Origin: Chiloscyllium plagiosum
Taxonomy: Eukaryota
Reading direction: 5' to 3'
DNA length: 64,000 nucleotides
Assembly (NCBI RefSeq): GCF_004010195.1
Contig: NC_057719.1
Coordinates: 85,318,923-85,382,922, forward strand
The position numbers and the translations under genes are program-made. Position 1 is the first letter of the stretch. Each line of letters opens with the position of its first letter. Below are positions 26,980 to 38,998 of the stretch, piece by piece. The notes under the pieces were generated by a model. That model saw nothing but the letters and a program-made list of their open reading frames with translations, did no database searches and had not been told where the DNA came from.

Positions 26980-27830
26980 TGTGAGGCCTAATCACCTTCA
27001 GCTACTTCATCAATGAACCTCCCAACATGATAAGGTCAGAAGAAGGTTGCTCACTGATGATTGCACAATGTTCAGAATCAACCAAGATAACATCCAGACT
27101 TGGCCTGTCAAGTGTCAGGTAATAACAGTGTCAACCAAGAAAGAATTTAACCATCTTACCTTGAATACCAATGGTATTCCGATTTCTGAATTCCACACTG
27201 TCAACATCTTGGAGGTTACCATTGACCAAAAATCAACTGGACCAGCCATACAAATACTGTGGCTATAAGAAGTGATCAGAAGCTACCATTGACCAAAAAT
27301 CAACTGGACCAGCCATACAAATACTGTGGCTATAAGAAGTGATCAGAAGCTAGGAATTCTGCAGCGAGTAACTTGGTCTCCTATCTTCTCAAAATCTGTT
27401 CACCATTTACAAGCCATAAGTGCAATATAATACTCTCCATCAGCTTAGATGGTGTCGCTCCAACATCGCCTAGGACAAAGCCTGCTTTGGTACCTCCATC
27501 CACCACCTTCAATATTTATTCCCTTTTCAGATACACAGTGGCAACAGCATGTACCATTTACAACAGACAATGCAGCAAGGTTCCATTGATGATCGACCTC
27601 CACACTCTCAACCTCTACCCTTAGAAGGGCAAGGACAATAGATGCATGGGAATCCCATCATCTCAATTACCCCTCCAAGTCATACACCACTCCTTCAGTT
27701 TCGTTGGGTCAAAATCTTGGAATTCCCTTCCGAACAGCACTGTATCTGTAGCTACACCTCAAGGACTGCAGTACTTCAAGTCAACAGCTCACCATCATCT
27801 ACTCAAGGTCAATTAGGGATGGGGTAGACA
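26980..27830 (+). mobile_element. Degenerate CR1/L2-group LINE 3' fragment containing a 67-bp tandem duplication
   Basis: RT-like remnants (ttcatcaatgaacctccc, TDDCTMF, ILEVTIDQK). Confidence 0.6.
27217..27350. repeat. Perfect 2 x 67-bp tandem duplication
   Basis: taccattgaccaaaaatcaactgg...gatcagaagc at 27217-27283 and 27284-27350. Confidence 0.95.
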
Positions 27831-27889
27831 GTGATATCCAGATCATGTGCACACACACAATAAAAGAGCTATTTTAGACATTATCCTAC

Positions 27890-28024
27890 CTGGAACAGAT
27901 TAGATGAACTTGTCTCCAAAGATGATGATGTAGGGTTGCTTGTATTTGGAGGGGGTGATCCTTCCAACCAGGAGATCTTCAGTGGGTTACTTGTTAACCC
28001 AGTCTCATTTTTAAAAGCAAGCTC
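27890..28024 (-). CDS. DNAJC17: DNAJC17 coding exon (approx. exon 10), ELAFKNETGLTSNPLKISWLEGSPPPNTSNPTSSSLETSSSNLFQ
   Basis: 135 bp; ttttgaacag|GAGCTT...TTCCAG|gtagga; contains the conserved NPLKISWLEG. Confidence 0.92.
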
Positions 28025-28225
28025 CTGTTCAAAATAAATCATGGATTAATTGACATTGATAATTTTTGGAGCGGATATATAAACCTTGAATGAGGGCGCT
28101 TAAATCACTGATCATTTTCCCACAAGAGATCTATGTATCAGGCCCCAATACCCTCCCATTTACCACCTGTGTCACAAATCAATAGTGGCATTGAATAGGC
28201 AAGCAAGACATGTTGGTTCTCCAAG

Positions 28226-30120
28226 TAGAAAGTGAGGTCTGCCAATGCTGGAGATCAGAGTCGTGAGTGTGGTGTTGGAAAAGCACAGCAGGTCAGGCAG
28301 CATCCGAGGAGCAGGAGAATCAACGTTTCGGGCATAAGCCCTTCATCAGGAATGAGGTTTGTGGGCCTGGGGTCTGAAAGATAAATGGGAGAAAGGTGGG
28401 TTGGGGTGATGGTAGTTGATGAGACAAGATTGGGGGGGGGGGGGGGGGGTGGCGGGGAAATGAGGAAACTGTTGGAATCCACATTGATCTTGTTTAGTTG
28501 CAGGGTCCCAGGGCAGAATATGAGGCATTCTTCGTCCAGGTGTCAGGTGTTAACGGTATGGCTATGGAGGAGGCCCAGGATCTGCTTGTCCTTAACTAAG
28601 TGGGAGGGGTGTTGAAGTGTTCAGCCATGGAGCAGCAGGGTCAGTTGGCGCGGGGGTCCTAGAGATGTTCTCTGAAATGGTCCGCAAGTAGGCATCCGGT
28701 CTCCCAGATACAGCGGATGACATTGGTGGAAGTACAAGTAAATTTCTGTTGGATGTGGAATGGGCCTTGGATGGAGGTGAGGGGAGTGGTGTGGGCGCAG
28801 GGGGTGTTGACCTTACGAGAGTGTCGCGGAGGGAATGGTCTCTCTAGAACAGCGATAGGGATGGGGAGGGAAATATATATATGGTGGTGGGGTATACATT
28901 TGTAGGTGGCAGAAGATGATGCGACGTATGCAGAGGTTGATGGGGAGGAAGATGAGGACCAGAGGTGTACTGTTCTTGTTGTGTTGGGAGGGGTTGTGTT
29001 CAAGGGTGGTGGTGTGGGATGTGGAGGTGATGCGCTGGAAGGCATCATCGTGGGAGGAGAAATTGCAGACTTGGACGAAGGAGACCATCTGGGATTTTCT
29101 AAGGTGGAATTGGTCATCCTGGGAACAGATGCGACGGAATTGGGAATAAGGGATGGTATTTTCACAGGAGGTAGGGTGGGAAGATGTGTAATCCAGGTAG
29201 CTGCTGGACTGGTGGTCTTATAGCAGATGTTTAGTCGTTCACCAGAGATGGAGATGGAGAGGTCCAGGAAAGGGAGGAAGGTGTCTGAGATGGTCCAGGT
29301 AAATTTGAGATCGGGGTGAAAGGTGTTGGTGAAGTTGATGAACTGTTCAACCAACTCATGGGAGCACGAGGTGGCGCTGATACAGTCATCGATGTAGAGG
29401 AGGAACTGGTGAGGGGTGGTGTCAGTCTAACTGCAGAAGATGGACCGTTCCAAGTACCCAACAAAGAAGCAGGCATAGCTGTGTCCCATACGGGTGCCCA
29501 TGGTTACCCCGTTGGTTTGGGGGAAGTGGGAGGATTGGAAGAAGAAGTTGTTAAGGGTGAGGACAGGTCAGCCATGCCGATGAGGTTGTCGGTGAAAGGG
29601 TACTGGTTGGGACGGCATGAGAGGATGAAACGGAAGGCTGGAGACCTTTGTCGTGGCAGATAGATGTGTACAGGGACTGGATGTCCATGGTGACAATACA
29701 GTTTCGGGGGCTGGGGAATTGAAAATCTTGAAGGAAGTGAAGGACATGGGTGGTGACCCTAAAGTAGGTGGGGAGTTCCTGGACTAAGGGGGACAGGACC
29801 GTGTCAAGGTAGGCAGAGATGAGTTCAGTGGGGCAGGGCAGGCTGAGACAACGGGTTGACAGGTTTGTGAATCTTTGGTAGGAGGTATAAACGGGCGTTG
29901 AGGGGTTCACGAACAATGAGGTTGGAGGCTGTGAATGGGAGATCCCCAGAGGTGATGAGGTTGTGGATGGTCTGGGAGATAATGGTTTGGTGATGGGAGG
30001 TGAGGTCATCGTCGAGGGGGAGGTAGGAAGAGGTGTCTGCAAGTTGGCACCTGGTTTCAGAGGTCAGTGCACCAAACAACTACTGCACCTCCCTTGTCTG
30101 TGGGTTTGATAGTGAGGATG
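28226..30120 (-). mobile_element. Penelope-like retroelement, frameshifted RT plus GIY-YIG remnant, 5'-truncated, with pLTR
   Basis: Minus-strand peptides LTIKPTDKG, LYLLPKIHKP, TMDIQSLYTSI, FHPDLKFTW...LPFLDLSI, FTCTSTNVI; hammerhead core at 28321-28350. Confidence 0.9.
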
Positions 30121-30394
30121 ATTCTCCATCAGGGCAGGACTTCTCAGTGAGGCAGTGGCATTTTCAGGACATTGCTGCACACGATCTCAGAATAGTGTCA
30201 CATATTTAAAACAGAGATGAGGAAAAATTTATACTCTGAGGATTGTGAATTTTTTTTAACCAAAAAGGGCTGTGAAGCTGGGGCATTTGGTATACTTAAG
30301 GCTGAAAGAGACAAAATTTTAATCAGAAAGGGAATCCAAAGTTATAGAAAAAGGAAGGAAAGTGGAGTTGAGGATGATTAGATCAGCCAGGATT

Positions 30395-30668
30395 GGGTTT
30401 AGCACTGTTGACTCACAGCGCCAGGAACCTGGGTTCCAATTCCACCCACAGGCGACTCCCTGTGTGGAGTTTACATGCTCTCCTGTGTCTGCATGAGCAG
30501 TCTGGGTGCTCCAGTTTCCACCCAAAGACGTGCAGGTTAGGTGGACTGGCCATGGGAAATGCAGGGTTACAGGAATAGGGTAGGTCTTGGTGGGATGCTC
30601 TTCGGAGGGTGCGTATGGACTCGATGGGCCAAATGGCAAGTTTTCACACCATAGGGATTCTATGATTT
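30395..30668 (+). mobile_element. HE1-like V-SINE
   Basis: ttagcactg...ggttccaattcc head, tgtgtggagttt core and gggattctatgatt tail. Confidence 0.8.
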
Positions 30669-30744
30669 TCAGAGGTTGACAGAGCAGACTCAACAGGCTT
30701 AATTCTGCTCTTACGCCTGGAAACTGAGCTGAATTTTAATAAGG

Positions 30745-31055
30745 GGCAGCATGGTGGCTCAATGATTAGCACTGCTACCTCACAGCACCAGGGTCCCAGA
30801 TTCGATTCCAGTGTCAGGCGACTGTCTGTGTGGAGTTTGCACATTCTCCCTGTGTCTGCATGGGTTTCCTCTGGGTGCTCTGGTTTCCTCCCATAGTCCA
30901 AAGATGTGCAAGTCAGATGAATTGGCCATGCTAAATTGCCCATAGTGTTAGGTGCATTAGTCAGAGGGAAATGGGTCTGGGCGGGTTATTCTTCGGAGGG
31001 TTGGTGTGGACTGGTTGGTCCAAAGGGCCTGTTTCCACACTGTAGGTAATCTAAA
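30745..31055 (+). mobile_element. HE1-like V-SINE
   Basis: ggcagcatggtggctcaatgattagcac head to gggcctgtttccacactgtaggtaatctaa tail. Confidence 0.9.
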
Positions 31056-32069
31056 TTGTTAAACTGACTCCCCTCTCTGTTACAGTTTTGTATTTGTTCT
31101 GTTGGTGAGTGTATTGTCAGAGGTCAAAATATTCACTAGCTTTATCTGGTCAAATACATAATTTGGCAATGGGCTTCATTCTTCAATCTTATCATCTTAA
31201 AACGAAATAGTGCCGCTATCATAAGTAAGTTTTAAAATAATAGAAAACAAGGTCACTTTTATAGTCAATATAGAAATCAGGATTTAGTTTGTGCTAATCA
31301 ATCTGATCTGCCATGTTAGTGCTTCAAACTGACAGTCAAATGAAATAGGTTGCAATGTCACCCATGATCAATCAGCACTTGTGGTCATCTCATATGGCCT
31401 GGAATGATACCTGAAACCTAGTAGAACAAGGGGCAGGTAATGGATACTTTAAATAGGGGTTACTTGGGTGTGAATTGATTGTATAAACATGGGGAGTTAG
31501 TAATCAGTGCAGTGGGCGTTTTATAAAGTGGTGCTAGCTGAAATAAAGCTTGCACCAGAAGTGGGGATGTGGAATCTGTTCAAAACCATCGATCTTCTGG
31601 TATATAACCGCACTTGCTGTTTTAAGACACATATAAAAGGTGTCACTGGGATTGGCTGCAAAAAGATTACTTTGGACTGTAGCTCAGCAAAAGTCAGTGT
31701 ATTAAGATAACAAAAATGAAGACATGGCAGCAGAGAGCATCTGCTCACCATTCAATCTAGTAAAGCGGTTTCCAGCCGATAGCCTGTAGGGATCGTGCAA
31801 ACTTTCAAACCTGACAGTTTGCACCATGAGGCCCAGACAAACTCAGTCTTACATGTTTAATACATTTAACACATAGCTTTCTCCAACATTAATTAATTAG
31901 ATACGAAAGTCTGAAAAGGTACAGCAGGTCTGGCAGTATCTTTGGAGACAAAGCAGAGTCAACGTTACAAGTCCAGCGATGCATCTTCACAGCATTCTGA
32001 GTTCTGAAGAAAGGTCACTAGACTTGCACAGCTAACTCTGCTTTCTCTCCACAGACGCTGCTCCAACTG

Positions 32070-33910
32070 AAAAAGAGTGGCTAAGGTAAACATTGGTCTT
32101 TTTCAGGATGTGAAGGGGGATTTAGTAATGGGATATGAACAGGTATTGTGTGTCGGTCTTCAATGTGGAGAACAGTAATTGACAAGGAGCTCCCTGCCCC
32201 CCCTCAAAATTAGGGGGAGTATATTTAGGACTAAATTGACAAGGAACTTCTTTACCCAGAGAGTTGTGAATCTGTGAACCTGGAAACAATCATTATCACG
32301 AAAGAGATAGGGTTGGGCAAGCTAATGGAACCTGAAGTCTCCTGACCCTGATGAATGCATCCCAGGATACTGAAAGAGATGCCAGGAGACACAGCGAATG
32401 CACTTGTGGAATTTTCCAGAAGTCCCTGGACTCTGGGGCAGTTCCAGCAGATTGGAAAACAACAAATGTGATGCCACTGTCTAAAAAAAGGAGGTAGACA
32501 AAAGATGAGGAATTACAGACCGGTTAGTTTCACTTTTGGGGTAGGCAAAATGCTTGAATCTATTATCAAGGAAGAAATAGCAAGACATCGAGATAGAAAT
32601 TGTCCACTGGATAAACGCAGCATGGTTTATGAAAGGTAGATCACACTCAACTAATTTACAGGAACTCTATGAAGACATTATGAGCATAGTGAACAACAGG
32701 GACCCCGAAGATGTGGTGTATCTATATTTCCAAAAGGCATTTGACAAGGTGCTGCTCAAAAGGCTGCTGCATAAGATAAAGATGCACGGTATTATGGATA
32801 ATATAATCAGCATGGACCGAGGATTGGTTAACTAACAGGAAGAAAACCATGAGGATAAATGAGTGCTTTTCTGGTTGGTGATCAGTGATTACTGATATCC
32901 CTCAGGGATCAGTGTTGGGACCACAATTACTCACAATTTACAAAGATGATTTGATCTTTGGGACAACATGCAGTATGTCAAAGTTTGTGGATGACAGTAA
33001 GCGTAGTGGTAGAGCAACATGTGCAGAGGACTGTAAAACTTTGCAGACAGACAGAGATAATTTAAGTGAGTGGGCAAAGGTCTGGCAGATGGAATACAAT
33101 GTTAATAAATGTACAGTCATTCATTTTGGTAGGAGTAACAGTAAAAAGGACAATTATTTGAATGGTAAAAATTTACAGCATACTTCTGTGCAGAGGGACT
33201 TCTGCATGAATCACAAAAGGTTGGTCTGCAGTACAACAGGCAATTAAGAAGGCAAAAGGAATTTTGTCCTTCACTGCTAAAGGGATTGAGTTTAAAAGCA
33301 GGAATATTATGCTGCAGCTGTACTGGGTGCTGGTGAGGCCACACCTGGAGTACTACGTGCAGTTTTGGTCTCCTTCCTTGTGAAATGATACACTGGCACT
33401 ACAGGGAGTGGAGAGGAGGTTCACTACGTTGATTCCAGAGTTGAAGGGTATGGCTTATGAGAAGAGACTGTGTAGACTGGGATTACATTCATTGGAATTT
33501 AGGAGAATGAGAGGAGATCATACAGAAACCTATAAAATTATGAAAGGAAAAGATAAGATAGAAGTAGAGAAGATGTTTCCACTGGCAGGTGAAACTAGAA
33601 CAAAAGGGCATCGCCTCAAAATTAGGCGGAGTAGATTTAGGACTGAATTGAGAAGGAACTTCTTCACCCAGAGGGTTCTGAATCTGTGGAATTTCCAGCC
33701 AAGTGAAGGTGTTGAGGTTCCTCATTAAATGATTTTAAAGCTAAGATAGATAGATAATTCCTTTACTGTTCAAAAAGTTAAGGGTTATGGTGAGAGGGCA
33801 GGTAAGTGGAGCTGAGATAACGAAAAGATCAGCCATGATCTTATTGAATGGCAGAGTGCGCTCAAAGGGCCAGATGGCCTACTCCTGATCCTATTTTTTA
33901 TGTTCTTATG
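32070..33910 (+). mobile_element. CR1-type LINE ORF2 3' half with tail
   Basis: ORFs 32629, 32885 and 33408 (FQKAFDKV, PQGSVLGP, KFVDDSK, RTKGH, RRNFFTQRV); tgttcttatgt tail. Confidence 0.92.
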
Positions 33911-33964
33911 TACTCTGGCTTAGATAAACTGTCTTAGCAAAAGCCTGTTGTTCAGCCAGGACAT

Positions 33965-34527
33965 TGATTAGGCCACTGGTGGAATGTTGCATGCAATTGT
34001 GGTCTCCTTCCTATCAGAAGGGTGTTGTGAAACTTGAAAGGGTTCAGAAAAAGGTTTACAAGGATGTTGCCAGGGTTGGAGGATTCGACCTATAGGAAGA
34101 AGTTGAATAGGCTGGGCTGTTTTCCCTGGAGCGTCGGAGACTGAGGGGTGACTTTATAGAGGTTTATAAAATCATGAGGGACACGGATAGGAGAAATAGA
34201 CAAAGTCTTTTCCCTGGGGTGGGGCAGTCCAGAACTAGAGGGCATAGGTTTAGGGTGAGAGGGGAAAGATGTAAAAGAGACCTAAGGGGGAACCTTTTCA
34301 TGCAGAGGATGGTGTGTGTACGAAATGAGCTGCCAGAAGAAGTGGTGGACGCCGGTACAATTGCCAACATTTAAAAGGCATCTGGATAGGTACATGAATA
34401 GGAAGGGTTTAGAGGGATATGGGCCAGGTGCTGGCAGGTGGGATTAGATTGGGTTGGGATATCTGGGTCAGCATGGACGGGTTAAACTGAAGGGTCTGTT
34501 TCTGTGCTGTACGTCTCTATGACTCTA
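33965..34527 (+). mobile_element. HER1/CR1 LINE 3' fragment
   Basis: ORF 34174 (SLFPGVGQSRTRGHRFRVRGE); gggtctgtttctgtgctgtacgtctctatgactcta tail. Confidence 0.92.
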
Positions 34528-34633
34528 TCTTCAGGCCTGTGTGGCACAGATAACTTACTGACCAAGGCAACAGATAGGTGTTGAGGATGAGAAGGTTATA
34601 TCCACGTTGGAAAAGTAGAGACACAATACTCAC

Positions 34634-34714
34634 AGCAGTCTTGGTTGAGGAGAATTCCACAATAGCGGAGCCTTTCTTTTTACTAGATATGAGCAAGTTC
34701 AAAACCTCACCGTA
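34634..34714 (-). CDS. DNAJC17: DNAJC17 coding exon (approx. exon 9), YGEVLNLLISSKKKGSAIVEFSSTKTA
   Basis: 81 bp; cttcctacag|TACGGT...ACTGCT|gtgagt; contains the RNP1-like GSAIVEF. Confidence 0.93.
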
Positions 34715-37642
34715 CTGTAGGAAGAAATATCTCTTGATTAGTATCTGATACCAGCTCAAAACACCACCCTCTGCCAGTTTTGGACTTTAAAGCATTTAAT
34801 AAACAGCACTCAACATTTAGTTATGTCCATAAAGTATAACTTCAAACCAAAGGCAAAAAACATATCGGCAAACAGTTAAACAGAACATGTATTTGAAACA
34901 ACAAATGCCTGAGTGTATAACAGGTTATTGTTTTATATTAATTGTTAATGTTTTAAGTCATCACTAATTTACATTTTACAATACTTATTACTTTGTCCCT
35001 TCTTGCAGTGCTTTCATAACTGTATTTACATTCACTGAAAGGGAGAGAGGACAAGATAGGGAAGAAAGAATCATGTTAAAAAAAAAGAAAAGTATTTCAA
35101 AAACAAAAACAAATATAGAACTTTAGATGTTATATTATTCTTTCCATGAGACTACAGTCAGCACTGTACCTGTTGCCTTCACAGGAAATTGTTAGTGTCA
35201 GAATGGTGTCCAACTGTGGACAGTATAGGACAGAATGGGAAGGCAAATTTCTAGCATGGAGGGGGACTGTGGTGAATTCCTTCATTTGATTTGTTAGTTT
35301 TTGTGCTCTCCAGTCACTAACCTCCTGCTCATTATCCCTCCCCACAGAATTCTTGACCTGAGAACACAGCCATATCTTGTTAACATCAATGCATGCCTGC
35401 AAGTTGTGTCTCAAATGAAATGCAGGAGAAGTTTTTTTTTTATTCTCTGGTATCTGGAAACTGATAACCATAGGTATGGAAAAATTGGGAGGTTCAGCAT
35501 CTTTAGTTCAACAGGTAGCAGCACTCTGGCCATCCTACAGTGGCTGGTGGGCATTATATATGACCTTGTATTTCTGGAAAGTAATTGATTGTAGCATTAC
35601 ATTGAAATTGCAGTGTACAGGATCTTTTTGTTACCCATTACAATTTTTGCAGGTGCCCACTAGTTCATCAGATCTCAGTACCTTTTTGTGCTTGCTGACA
35701 CAGACATAATATTTCTGATGTTCAATATAACACATAATTTATGCAATGGATGGCTAACACTGCCCTTCAAACACAGGAACTAGAAACCCTGGGAATCAAC
35801 AAGAGACTGCAACATTTGTTTGACTTTCTTCTTTACTCTCTCTTTCCACTACATTTCTCTGGGACAGTGTTCTATGGTACTCAATCCCCTTTTGTGTCAA
35901 CACAAGGCTCAGCAAACCATATAATTAGAGATGGGTCATGTCTGAGCCTGATGTAATGCTCACTCAATGTCCATATGGAGACATGTTCTACAAGTAGATG
36001 TGGGAAGGTGTCAGATTCCTACCCTTCTTTTGAGCTTGTGGTCACTGACCCCAGCATAACAGCATGTAGTGTATTTACCCAGCATTGAACAAAGAAAGCC
36101 TCCTTTACAAACCATATGGCCATGAACGCTGGGAGGTCTATTGGGACCCAGCTTCTTAATTAGAGTGGGAACATTTCAGGAAGTTCAAAACTGGATGGGG
36201 TGGGGGTGGGGGTGGTGGTGCTTAAAGATCAGGCCAAGATATGAAAACAGACTTCAAAAATTCAGTGCTTGGAAAGTTCGCACTTGGAGAGTTACCAAAA
36301 TAAAAGTGCTTACAAGAGGTGTATAGCTTTCAAATAAAATGAAATTGCGTGATTTTCTTGCAGAATCGCTTGCAAAGGAGTTCAGCAGTAGGATCAACCT
36401 TTTAGAATATTTTTTAAATACATCACACTGCCAATCCCAAGCTATTATGAAAAAACCCACTATCCCTCGTGGATAATAGGTTCTTTACCAGACTCCAACA
36501 GGCATGGCATTCTACAGTTTGTGACAGGATATAAAGTTTACTGAGCCCCATGATGACATGATAACAACTAATTTGATAGAGGCTAATTCTTCAACTTACA
36601 AATGAACTATTTGGTCTGCATTTTTAAAAAATTCAATCTTAGGTATCCAGTTATTTCAATTTAAGCTAATAATTATTTACATCTTACTTACATCATTTCA
36701 TACTCTTATTCCCACAACACCAATTTCTCAAAGCTGCTTAAATCTGCAGTTCTGATATCTTGGAAGGAAAATTTTCAATCTCCAAATTGAGGGCTGCTGC
36801 TTTTATTTAGCTTCCAAATGGAGGTTAGCATGAAGCCATGCATTTGAATATTTTAACAAGTACTAATTTACACTTCTCCATACTTATTACTTTGTCCCTT
36901 CTTGCATTGCTGTCATAACTGTGGAGGCACCATCGATAATTGCACAGTCAAGTCAATTAAAGACTGCATAACTCAAAGCTGTGAATGCCAATTCTACTTT
37001 CAACAGCAGTCTCAAATTTAGTTTGACCAGAGTTCCCTAGTGCTTCCTTGAAAGAAAAAAAAGGAAAAAAATCTTCTCTGACTGTGGTGAGTTTGAGGAC
37101 TGTAACTGAAAGCAATGACTGCCTGCAACGTTTCAGACTGAGGTTAAAGATCTGGATTTCTACCCCCTTGACTCTAAACATTCAACATGAACCAGTTCTC
37201 TGTCACGGTCACCATTTGACTGTATAACAGTTCGATTGGTGCGTTACCAACCCAGAGGTTTAGAAGTCAAATCCTACCAAGACAAGCTGTAACATTTAAT
37301 GCAACAAAAGCAAACATTTGTGGGTGAAGCATCAGGAAAAATGGTTGGATTATCCTGAAAACGAAATTGGCTCACAAACATCTTTCCATAGTTTAAAGGG
37401 GAAAATAACTAAGCGTGAGGAAGAAAGGAATAAAAAGATAGGCTGATACAGTTGGCTTGACTGTGTTGGTTTGACTGAAATATAACGGAATATAAATGAC
37501 ATCAAATTGGCAAAATGGCTTACATAGGTACTTAACTGTAGATGAGTAGCATGGATTTAAAAACCTGAAGAGAGAGCTAAATTGCTTTAAGCTGGCTGTT
37601 CACTTCTTTGTCAGTACAAAAGGTGGCTACTATCTGAACTGA

Positions 37643-37856
37643 AGAGAAAATGAGGTCTGCAGATGCTGGAGATCAGAGATGGAAATGTGTTGCTGGAGAA
37701 GCACAGCAGGTCAGGCAGCATCTAGGGAACAGGAGAATCGACGTTTCGGGCATTAGCCCTTCTTCAGGAAGAAGGGCTAATGCCCGAAACGTCGATTCTC
37801 CTGTTCCCTAGATGCTGCCTGACCTGCTGCGCTTCTCCAGCAACACATTTCCATCT
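37643..37856 (-). mobile_element. Palindromic Penelope-derived mini-element (family A) with a hammerhead core
   Basis: 89-bp inverted arms (37677-37765 and 37768-37856) with a 2-nt loop and 1 mismatch seen; 16-bp direct repeats ctactatctgaactga (37627-37642 and 37855-37870). Confidence 0.85.
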
Positions 37857-38023
37857 ACTATCTGAACTGACAAACTGGAGCCTATCCTCGGAGGTGGTAA
37901 TGGGGAAATACAGGAAGCAGGCTGCGGGGGGGGTGGCAGTTCAGAGTTTTCAAATCTGGTTGGGTCTCAATTCTGGTTGGGTCTCAAGATCTCTTGATTG
38001 GAAAATACTTGAGAACAACTTAC

Positions 38024-38101
38024 CTTCTTCAAAATGGAGAGGAGGTATTCATGAGAGTAGCCACCATTTGATTCGTCATCTTTCTTACACTTCCATTTCA
38101 G
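38024..38101 (-). CDS. DNAJC17: DNAJC17 coding exon (approx. exon 8), LKWKCKKDDESNGGYSHEYLLSILKK
   Basis: 78 bp; ctttcttag|CTGAAA...AAGAAG|gtaagt; phase 0 to 0; start of the RRM. Confidence 0.93.
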
Positions 38102-38948
38102 CTAAGAAAGAGAAAGGGAAGAGATCAACGTAGTAACTCTTTAATGCTACCCACCACTATCCTTTCATTCTGTACAATGACTGACTCTAAATCTTTACCA
38201 CAATCTAACAGGCAGCATCTGCCTGCATTCGATACTCCATCGACCACTCCTGGCTGAGATCAGCAATGCTCCGTTGTTACAATGCTGTACTCAGTAATTG
38301 ATAAGCAAGTCATCTTTGGTACATCAATCCAGACAACTTTCAAGTTATCTTCTTTTGAACATAATGAGGAACCAAGTACTCCAGAAGGACAATCATCCAA
38401 TTGCACCATCACTGAAATTTACTCAAATGAACAAAGCTGGTCCCACAGTGTGAAAATCCAACTGTCCCACAGACAAGTTGAAACACTGCTATTGGCCTCA
38501 ATGAGTGAGAAAGTTTTTTTTCAAATCAGCCAAGCATCTTCATGTCTATCACAGATAGCCAGACCCTGGATAGTAACAGGTCCAAGATTAGCTCTGATAT
38601 AAGTGATCACTCAATGAAAGAAAAATTAGGGCTTGAGGTACTGGAGGCTGATGCCCTTGGAATCTTGTCTCAATAAGTGGATGTATCGCCAGTGCAGAAT
38701 TAAAAGGGGATGAAATTAAAAGAAAACCAGGAAAGCTTGTAAATAAATTTAGACCCACTGCACAAAGGGAAAGCAACTGCCAGTTAAAATATGAAAGTTA
38801 GGACATTTCTCAGGCCGTCTGCTTGGATTCCCAGTTGCCTGCATTCACTGCTCTCCATACATCCGAACAGAGACACCCACAATACAAGTTGCATTTTGTA
38901 GACATTAACACAAATCATGCTAACAGCCAGCTCATTAGAACTACTTAC

Positions 38949-38998
38949 TTTCAGTTTAGGGGTTGAGTTGTTTATGGAATCAGTTCGGACATCAGATC
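38949..38998 (-). CDS. DNAJC17: DNAJC17 coding exon (approx. exon 7), (G)SDVRTDSINNSTPKLK
   Basis: 50 bp; gttctgtag|GATCTG...CTGAAA|gtaagt; phase 1 to 0; ends in the conserved TPKLK. Confidence 0.9.

Noticed and set aside
869..27889. Searched for the DNAJC17 terminal exon (SERDYESLVMMRMRQ-like)
   Set aside because: Not found by eye, so presumed left of the window; tBLASTn is needed to exclude a missed exon.
28432..28457. Poly-G run / G-quadruplex candidate
   Set aside because: Homopolymer expansion inside a decayed Penelope element, with no independent evidence of function.
28659..30079. Cluster of overlapping ORFs up to 231 aa
   Set aside because: Frameshifted Penelope RT/endonuclease remnants and their antisense frames, not host genes.
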